Shown in pieces: positions 1 to 8,299 of a stretch of DNA of 64,000 bases. Position 1 is the stretch's first letter; each line of letters starts with the position of its first letter. A program made the translations under genes and the position numbers. The notes beneath the pieces were generated by a model. It made no database searches and was not told the origin of the DNA. It was given only the letters and a program-made list of their open reading frames with translations. This DNA is from Chiloscyllium plagiosum (Eukaryota): assembly GCF_004010195.1 (NCBI RefSeq), contig NC_057710.1, positions 94,213,728-94,277,727 of the forward strand. The letters are read 5' to 3'.

Positions 1-1017
1 CCCCCCTCCCTATTCTTTTTAAATGCTCTAAACCCTGGAACATCCAGCAACCATTCCTGCCCCTGAGAAACCCATGTCTCCGTTATGGCCACAACATCAT
101 AGCACCAGGTACTGATCCATGCTCTAAGTTCATCACTTTTATTCCTGATACTCCTTGCATTAAAGCAAACACACTTTAATGATCCCTTGGTTCCTTCCCA
201 GGAAAATCCTTCCCACTAGCTGGTCTACCTCTTGCTACTGCCTCATCTGCATCAACTCTCATCTCCAGTATACAGCTCAGGTTCCCACCCCCCTGCCATA
301 CTAGTTTAAACCCTCTCAAACTACTCCAGCAAATCTTCCACCCAGGACATTGGTCCCCTTCCAGTTCAGATGCAACCCGTCCTTCTTATACAGGTTCCAC
401 CTTCCCCAGAAGGCATCCCAATTATCTACATATCTGAAGCCCTCCCTCCTATACCAGCTGCGCAGCCCCGTATTAAGCTGCGCCCTCTCCCTGTTACTTG
501 CCTCGCTATCTCGTGGCACCGGTAGTAAACTAGAGAACACTACTCTGTTCGTCCTGCTTTGCAGCTTCCATCCTAACTCCCTGTAATCTCTTTTTATATC
601 CTCGATCCTTTTCCTGGCTATATCATTAGTGCCAATATGTAACACGATTTCTGGCTGTTCGCCCTCCCCTTTTAGAACCTTATACTCCTGATCTGAGACA
701 TCCCAGACCCTGGCACCTGGGAGGCAACATAGCTTCCGGGAATCCCGATCATGACCACAAAATCTCCTGTCAATTTCCCTAACTATCGAGTCCCCTACCA
801 CAAGTACTTTTCTATTCTGCCCCCCTCCCTTCTTTGCCACAGTGTCAGTCTCAGTGCCAGAGAACTGACTACTATGGCTTTCCTCTGGTAGGTCATCCCC
901 CCCAGCAGTATCCAAAACGGTATACTTATTGCTGAGGGGAATGTCCACACGGGAAATCTGCACTGTCTGTCTGTCCCCTTTCCTCCCCCTAACTGTAACC
1001 CATCTATCCTTTGGCAC
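1..1017 (-). mobile_element. CR1 LINE fragment with ORF1 (SGNH/GDSL esterase domain, 316-1017), running into the start of ORF2 toward the window edge
   Basis: ORF 316..1017 has GDSIVR, HIGTNDI and DGLHLN blocks typical of the CR1 ORF1 esterase. Minus-strand sequence at 1-170 resembles the start of an APE endonuclease. Confidence 0.85.
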
Positions 1018-1142
1018 ATGCGTGACCCAACTTGAGCCAGGACTTGTGTCACGATCCTGATCCAGCCAGGGGAAAGATGATCGGGCAGAGAAAGTATGGC
1101 AAGACAGATGGAGAAATCACCAATTAAATTTTTGTTTTCAAA

Positions 1143-1487
1143 CAGGTACATAATCCTTTATCCAAAATCTTTGTGGCCAGTTGTTTTTCAGATTTCGGAA
1201 ATGTTCAGATTTCAGAATAAATTATATTTTCACAGGAAATAAAAAAATCTTACCGAACAGCAGACCCAGGTGTGACTAGAATAAGCACTGAGACACATCT
1301 GATACCTGCTTGTGCTGTGATACACTGCCACGTCACATCTGAGTGGCATCGGTCGAGTGGGTGTAGAGTTGGGTCACTTATTTGCAACCCAAACAATCTT
1401 GTTATGAAGAAAAAAACTTCATAAGAAAATCTTCGGATTTCAGAGCTTTTTGGATTTCAGAATTTTGGTTGAAGGATTGTGTACCTG
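1143..1487. mobile_element. MITE with terminal inverted repeats (Tc1/mariner-pogo/Tigger type)
   Basis: Left end CAGGTACATAATCCTTTATCCAAAAT matches the reverse complement of the right end, CAGGTACACAATCCTTCAACCAAAAT. TA follows the right end (1488-1489); the left flank is AA. No ORF. Confidence 0.75.
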
Positions 1488-1531
1488 TACTAAGAAAACC
1501 ACAGATCGTGGGAAATTGACAGGGGCCCTGC

Positions 1532-1630
1532 TGTTTTGTTTATCTGTCTTGTGTTTGTCCTGTACTTGTCTTGTCTGTTTGTCCTGTACTTGTCTTGTCC
1601 GCTTGTCCTGATTGTTTCTGTGTTTGTCAG
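1532..1630 (+). repeat. Imperfect TTGTC-rich tandem repeat in the presumed ERV 5' leader
   Basis: ttgtcctgtacttgtcttgtc occurs twice (1555-1575, 1579-1599), plus degenerate copies. Confidence 0.7.
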
Positions 1631-2100
1631 TGCCGCAGTCTTTTCTCTATTCCCAGCTCGAACCAGAGGTTCATGAGGGTGTGTGACCCCAACCCTCGAG
1701 AGAAGGACAGCCCAGGGGACTTGTCCTGCTGAGGTAGCAGTCCGCGGTCACCGACTCTCTCAAGGAAGTAACAAGCACCAGGGTAACCACTTACGCTTGG
1801 AGAGTAAGATAGGGAATATCCTGTTTATACAGGTCACCAGCCAATATTGTTTGGGAGCAGAATAGGGAAGATAGGTACGGCAACCCTTCGTGGCCTGAGT
1901 TTAGAAAAGTTTAAGGAAGTGGTCAGCACCACCCCTTGACTTGAAATCACAGAGTCCCGAAAACTCTTTGGGAAAAAGGACCCCTCCCAGTCCCCCTTCC
2001 CTCAGTACCTCATACTTACCTTGTTGCTGAGGAACTTGATCCGGGGGGTGGTGAGTTAAGGTAGCTGTGTTACTGGCTTCACAGCTGCACAGGGCAGCAG

Positions 2101-2156
2101 AGACAGAGGGGCGGGGGGGGGGGGGGGGTAGAGAGAGAAAAAGAGAAAACAGAGAC
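2101..2156 (+). repeat. Poly-G tract plus GA-rich simple repeat
   Basis: Long G run followed by (GA)n/A-rich sequence. Confidence 0.8.
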
Positions 2157-2623
2157 AGTGCCTGTCACAATTCATGCTAGCGCTCAACAGGGTCCTCGTG
2201 CCCAGATGCACTTATACACTGAACCTTGGAGAAACTTTGACTCTTTGTGTTTGGCCTTGCATGCACATTTGCTTGCTGGGGATTGAATGTTTGTTTCAAA
2301 CCCTGCAGCTCAAGATCCAGAGAGGATCTTGATTTATTTTGCATTTGGTGATCTACGATGGTGTTTCTTTTAAGGAACCATTGGTGCTTATAAAATGAAA
2401 GTTCTGCGTAAGTTTTATTAATAAGGTTTTAACGCTCCCACCCTTCTTAGACACCATGACTGCCCCAATGGCACTCTAACTAGTTAAAGAATTGACTAAA
2501 GTAGATCAAAGCAGTTGCACTATAACTAAATTGGCATCAGACTGTACACTGCTTCTCTATCAGAGTTTTTGGCAGTATGAATTTTAATGTAAAATAAACA
2601 ATGATGTTGTATAATACAGGGTA

Positions 2624-2813
2624 AGAGCTGAAAATGTGTTGCTGGAAAAGCGCAGCAGGTCAGGCAGCATCTAAGGAGCAGGACAATCGACGTTTCAGGC
2701 ATGAGCCCTTCTTCAGGAATCTCGTGCTCCTTGGATGCTGCCTGACCTGCTGCGCTTTTCCAGCAACACATTTTCAGCTCTGATCTCCAGCATCTGCAGT
2801 CCTCACTTTCTCC
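2624..2813. mobile_element. Short Penelope-derived hairpin element (family 1) with a hammerhead motif
   Basis: 48-bp perfect inverted arms at 2624-2671 and 2734-2781. Flanking duplication taatacag(g/t)gtaag at 2612-2625 and 2814-2827. Confidence 0.8.
2687..2717 (-). ncRNA. Minimal hammerhead ribozyme motif
   Basis: Minus strand reads cCTGAAGA-A-GGGC-tcat-GCCT-GAAA-CGTC-GA: CUGANGA core, stem II, GAAA, palindromic ACGT and a GUC site. Confidence 0.7.
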
Positions 2814-5480
2814 TAATACAGTGTAAGTAACACTTTGGCATCCTAGACTGAGGTACAGAATGATTCTGGACAAGAATACACGTGAACACTATATGGCTTA
2901 ATTAAAATACAAACGGCAATTGTAAAACTGAGTCTAAAGACAGTTCTAAGTCTCTCAAACCACTAATAGGCTTTCAGAAAATGATGATAGCATAATTAAA
3001 TTTTAAGACTGCTGCATCTCATCAGGGAGTACAGAGTACCCGTGATAGAGCTATTATCTGACCCTGTCAACTTCAGGATAGGACCCATCACTGTCCCTAA
3101 TACTGCAATAATTTCTGCTTCATGCCCAGTGGCCCTCCTAGGTCAGCAGACATTGTGCAAGTTGGATGCCAGCATCCACTGCTCCCCTCAGGGTCTCCAT
3201 GCTGGAAATCCCAGACACACACTACTCCATGCTACGGGCAGTGATTTCCCGCAGCCCTGGAACCTCCAACCCTGCCAGCTCCAGCTGCGCCTGGTCATGC
3301 TTGCACACACTTAGAGTCCCCTCAATTGAACTGGTGTTGAGCGTTCTCTTTTATAAGTGTAACCCCTCCACTTTGCATCCCTTAGTCAGGCCCTGTCCCC
3401 CTGATACAGGTTGCCCGACTTGGGCAGGATGATTTTGTGTACACTGCGCTCCTGCAACACTCCAGGCTATTTTTACCACACAAGCCCCAGGCACTGCCCC
3501 CTCCTACGAAACCCCCTGTTGCTGACAGACCTTCCAGCATCGCTGTGGGCACAGCACCCCAACCATGCAAGCCAAGTGATGTATGCCCTACCACACAAAG
3601 TGACACTCAGGCAGGGAGCCATCCTGCCGTCTATATGGCAATATCTACTGTCCCCAGCAGTCGCAGAAGGCATCAAGCCGGTGACTGACTCCCTCCTACA
3701 GCAGGGTGTCCTAGTGCCAACAACCAGTCCCTGTAGTACACTCATCCTACCCATCCCGAAACCCAGAAGGCCAGGAAAGTGGTGTTTTGTCCAGGATCTG
3801 AGGGCTGTAAACACAATTATGATTCCCTGCTCCCCAGTGGTCCCAGACACTAATGCTATGCTCAGTAGTATCCCTGCTTCTGCCACCTCCCAATCAACCT
3901 CTGCTCTGCCTTTTTCTCTATCAAATTGTCCCCTGAGAGCCCGTACCTATTCACTTTTACATACAGAGGCTGTCAGGGCACATGGACCAGGCTTCCCCAG
4001 GGTTACACGGACAGCCCCACAGTCTATGTCGCTGCAGTATACCGTACCCTCTCTACATTACACCTACCACACAACAGCACCCTTCTGCAATACACGGATG
4101 ATTTGTTACTGGCCTCCACCTCCGCTGAATCATGTATGCAGGACACTGTCACATTGCTCTGCTATCTGGCAATAGATGGACACAGAGTCTCCATGGAGAA
4201 AGTGCAATTCTGCCAGTACAAAGTACAGTTCTTGGGGTACGAACTCTCACATGGCCTAAGGGCACTACCTAGAGGGAGAGTCGCAACCATCATTCAGCTT
4301 CCCCCAGCCCAGCCACAAGAACTCAGCTGCAGGATTTCCTGGGGATGGTGAATTGTTGCAGGCACTGGATCCCAGACCACCGTGCCATTGACCAGCCCTT
4401 AAGGGAGGCATCCTCACCAAAGCAGCCCGCGAAAGTGACCTGGACACCAAAGATGGAACAGGCATTCACTGAATTAAAACAGTGACTGGTCTTTGCTCCT
4501 GCCCTGGGGTTTCCAGACTACACTCCGTCTTTCTACTTATACATCAACGAATCCAAGGGGATTGCATCCAGCATCTTAATACAGCTCCATGGGGATCTCC
4601 GGCACCCTGTTACTTTTTACTCTGTACAGTTACCGCCTGTTGTAAGGGGAATGACGGCATGTTTGAGAGCTGTGGCAGCAGCCGCGGTAACATTAGAAAA
4701 GGCCACCCCTATTGTGTTGGATCACCCATGCACTGTTTGTTCCCCCATTCAGACTCCCTGCTGCTCAAATCTGCAGTAACCCAACATTTCACTGCCACCC
4801 AGAGAACTAGTCGCGAGGTCGCTTTACTGTCCAAAGCCAACCTGTTTCTACAACATGCCCCGGCCCTGAACCCCACCACCCTGCTCCCACTCACTCATAC
4901 AGCCATTACAGACGACCATGCCTGTTTAGACCTTGTTCAGCAGGTCGTCACCCCGCGCCCTGACCTCTCTGAAACACTTTTAGACAACCCTGGCCTCATA
5001 CTCTATACAGATGGCTCCTCCTTCAGGCTCTCTGACCATTGCACACTAGCAGGGTATGTCACCTGCTCTCCTTTCACAGTCCTAGAATCAGCTGTGCTGC
5101 CGGAAGGCACATCTGCACAGGCTGCAGAGCTGTTGCAGTCACTAGGGCTTGTATCATTGCCAAAGGTCACACAGCAAACATTTATACTGACTCCAGATAT
5201 GCCTTTGAGGTTGTCCATGATTTTGGCACACTCTGGAAACAGACAGGCTTCATCACGTCAGCAGGTGGGCCACTTCAACATGCTGTGCTGATCTCTAACC
5301 TCCTGGAAGCAGTCCTGTTACCCTCAGCCCTAGCAATGTTCAAATGCGCTGCTCATAACCTCTGCCACTGACCCTGTCACCCTCGGGAATGCCTCAGCTG
5401 ACACAGCAGCCCAGGAAGCCTCACTGCACCCCACTACCTGTGTCCTGCAGGCCCCCAAAATAGCGAAGACCCCAGTATTA

Positions 5481-5786
5481 CATTAGATTGGAAACAGTGT
5501 GGAAACAGGCCCTTCAGCCCAACCAGTCCACACCGACCCTCTGAAAAGTAACCCACCCAGACCCATTTCCCTCTGATTAATGCACCTAAGACTATGGGCA
5601 ATTTACCATGGCCAATTCATCTGACCTGCACATCCTTGTGACTGTGGGAGGAAGCCGAAGCACCCGGAGGAAACTCACGCTGATACAAGGAGAATGTGCA
5701 AACTCCATACTGGCAATCGCCCAAGACTGGAATCGAACCTGGGACCCTGGTGCGGTGAGGCAGCAGTGCTAACCACTGAACCACTG
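5481..5786 (-). mobile_element. HE1-type tRNA-derived SINE inserted in ERV pol
   Basis: Minus strand: gtggttcagtggttagcactgctgcctcac...gggttcgattcc head, ctgtttccacactg tail. Same family as 29189-29544. Confidence 0.85.
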
Positions 5787-6462
5787 TATTGCCTGACCCT
5801 ATGGAGGCAGTGTGAGTCGCCCAACAGGATGCTCCACAGCAGGCAAAGAACAGTTGGGCCCGCATTGGGGCCACACAGTCTCTCTCCCTCAACCTGCTAA
5901 TACACTCCAATGGCCGCATCATTTGCCCAAGAGCCCACTGACACACACTGGCCCTAGCAGCAGCATTGGCCACACGGGCAAGAGGGGCATGATACACACT
6001 GTAAAGTGGTCCTGGTATGCACCAGGATTCGCTGCCGCTGCCCAAGCCCTGCTGTCACAGTGCCTCATCTGCCTGCAGAACAATGCAGGAAAGCCTGTTG
6101 CCAAATATGACTACCTGCCAGCTCCTGAAGGACCTTTCAGCCACTTACAGATTGACTTCGCACACATGCTCCAAAAACAGGGCTACAAGTACGTCCTGGT
6201 CAGCGTTGACATGTTCTCTAAATGGGTGGAAGCATTTCCCACAAGAAAGGATGACGCCCGCACAGTAGTAAAAAGCCTCCTAAAGGATGTCATCCCCAGG
6301 TCTGGGGTCCCCAGTAGCATTGAGATGGACAGAGGGACTCACTTCACTATGAGGCTCATGACTGGCATTAGCGAGGCACTAGGAATACCATAGTAATACC
6401 ACATCCCCTATCAACCCCAGTCATCAGGCCTGGTCAAACGGATGAATGGCACCCTTAAGATC

Positions 6463-6497
6463 CCTGAAGAAGGGCCTGTGCCCGAAACGTCGAATCT
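6463..6497 (+). ncRNA. Minimal hammerhead ribozyme motif
   Basis: cCTGAAGA-A-GGGC-ctgt-GCCC-GAAA-CGTC-gaatc. Confidence 0.75.
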
Positions 6498-6577
6498 CCT
6501 GTTCCCTGGATGCTGCCTGACCTGCTGTGCTGTTCCAGCAATAAAGTTTCAACTTTGATCTCCAGCCCTCACTTTCT
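6463..6577 (+). mobile_element. Short Penelope-derived element (family 1) with a hammerhead, inserted in the integrase
   Basis: 12-bp duplication acccttaagatc at 6451-6462 and 6578-6589. Removing the insert restores the reading KRMNGTLKITLTKITQETGLTWPDAL. Confidence 0.85.
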
Positions 6578-7307
6578 ACCCTTAAGATCACACTGACCAA
6601 GATCACCCAGGAAACAGGACTGACCTGGCCAGATGCCTTGACACTTGCCCTCTATACTATACGTGCTCAGGCAAACCAATGACCAGGCTCACTCCTTTTG
6701 AAGTGCTTATGTGGCGACCTATGTCCACTGCTACCAGTTCCCCGAAACTCTCTACAGATATAGCCCTTCTCCAGACACAAGAGGCTCTGCTAGATTATGT
6801 CCAGGCCCTTAGCAGGAGCATTAGTGTTACACACGACCACTTCAGGCATTGCCCACACCCCAATCAGTGCCCATTCATCCGTTCCGACCTGGGACTATGT
6901 CATGACAAAATCACTGGAAAAGGACTCTCTCTCCCCTAGGTGGAAAGGCCAATGCCTGATCTTGATGACAACCCGGACAGCTGTGAAAGTGGAAAGACGG
7001 CCCCAATGGACACATGTCACCTGCTGCAAGAGAGCTCCATTTCCGATGGACAGGGACCAGACACAAGAAGACACCACTCTGATCACCGAGGATGGATCTA
7101 GTTGCTCCGCCTGACCTATCTGACTACCATACTGTGGCTTGCTGGTGAACAGGGAGAAGAGGCAAAACATTTGCATGCCTGTGTGTAATACTACTACCCT
7201 CTGCCCTCCGACCACTCAGCTAGCACAGATCCAATGGGAGAACGTCCCTGCCCCTGAACCAGACTCAGACACCAAGAGCCATCTGTCTGACACCGAGCCC
7301 CACCCCG

Positions 7308-7520
7308 ACATTCTCTCCATGTCTGCGTAGGTTTCCTCCGGGTGCTCCAGTTTCTTCCCACAGTCCAAAGATGTGCAGGTTAGGTGAATTGGCCATGCTA
7401 AATTGCCCGTAGTGTTAGGTGTAGGGGAGTGGGTCTGGGTAGGTTGCTCTTTGGAGGGTTGGTGTGGACTTGTTGGGCCAAAGGGCCTGTTTCCACACTG
7501 TAGGGTATCTAATCTAATCT
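7308..7520 (+). mobile_element. 5'-truncated HE1-type SINE
   Basis: Body acattctctccatgtctgcgtaggtttcctccgggtgctcc..., ending in ctgtttccacactg and (ctaat)n. Confidence 0.85.
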
Positions 7521-7579
7521 ATACCAAAAACTCCCAGAATGCCTCAGTAGGGTAAAAACAATGAATATGCAGGAAACCA

Positions 7580-7645
7580 GATTCTGGAGCAGAGTGGTGC
7601 TGGAAAAACACAGCAGTTCAGACAGCATCCGAGGAGCAGGAGTGA
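7580..7645 (-). mobile_element. Fragment of Penelope-derived family 1 element
   Basis: gtggtgctggaaaaacacagcagttcagacagcatccgaggagcagg matches the arm of 43756-43887. Confidence 0.65.
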
Positions 7646-7920
7646 GGACCAAACAGGCTGACAAGTGAAACCAGACAGCACTCGCAGACAAGGGAATACG
7701 CTTCCCAAAACACACTAACAATACCCAGTCAATACAGCTGTCCAAAAGCCCCGAGGGCAGTCTGATAACACAGCAATACCTAAGTCACACAAAGGACAGG
7801 TCAGATGGAGAGACACCACCAAGGACCTCGCTCCCAGGATAGGAAGAATGGGAGCACCTTTCTGTTTCAAAAGAGACATTTTCATCTTCCTGCAAAGAGA
7901 ACTGCAATCCCCTGACCCAT

Positions 7921-7985
7921 TGATTCTCCTGCTCCTTGAATGCTGACTGACCTGCTGCGCTTTTCCAGCAACACATTTTTCAGCA
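7921..7985 (+). mobile_element. Fragment of Penelope-derived family 1 element
   Basis: gattctcctgctccttgaatgctgactgacctgctgcgcttttccagcaacacatttt matches 2720-2780. Confidence 0.7.
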
Positions 7986-8299
7986 CTGTCAGGATGTTGC
8001 ATTGTATCGAGAATCAGAACATTCATCCAATAACTGTTTTCCAATTTTCATCATTGTAACTAGATGACTCCATTTCCAAATATATTGTATCTTTCCCCAT
8101 TTTAATTAATCCTATTGTGCAAGATTCCTATGAAACCCTGCTTCATCCTCAGCTCGAGGAAGAGCATCCTTAATCTACCTATACAAGCTGTCAGTTCTGT
8201 CAGCCTGCTCAATTTCTCTTCCAGCCATATCATTCACAATAAACAGCTTGTCAATTTCACCCGATCTGGTTTGTGTGGTCTCTGCTTCATTGAGCTAAT

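Larger units (their letters stand above)
3020..7040 (+). pseudogene. pol: ERV pro-pol pseudogene (protease C-half, RT, RNase H, integrase), frameshifted
   Basis: Motifs: CPVALLGQQTLCKL (protease); KWCFVQDLRAVN, WTRLPQGYTDSP and LLQYTDDLLL (RT; YTDD at 4091-4102); LYTDGSS, SAQAAEL and NIYTDSRYAF (RNase H); H..CLIC, PFSHLQIDF, VDMFSKWVEAFP, MDRGTHF and PRWKG (integrase). Confidence 0.92.
1020..8295 (+). mobile_element. Degenerate endogenous retrovirus (epsilon-like / class I), internally deleted and interrupted by several insertions
   Basis: Order seen: leader-like repeats, gag remnant, protease C-half, RT, RNase H, integrase, a post-pol ORF remnant, then an LTR-like tail with AATAAA near 8238. 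Outer boundaries are uncertain. Confidence 0.8.

Noticed and set aside
2011-2022. ATACTTACCT resembling the U1 snRNA 5' end
   Set aside because: No U1 body follows. It is simply the reverse complement of a splice-donor-like sequence.
2526-2873. Recurrent small ORFs containing MCCWKSAAGQAAS (also 7785-7976, 58082-58396)
   Set aside because: They are translations of the non-coding Penelope-derived repeat, not a peptide family.
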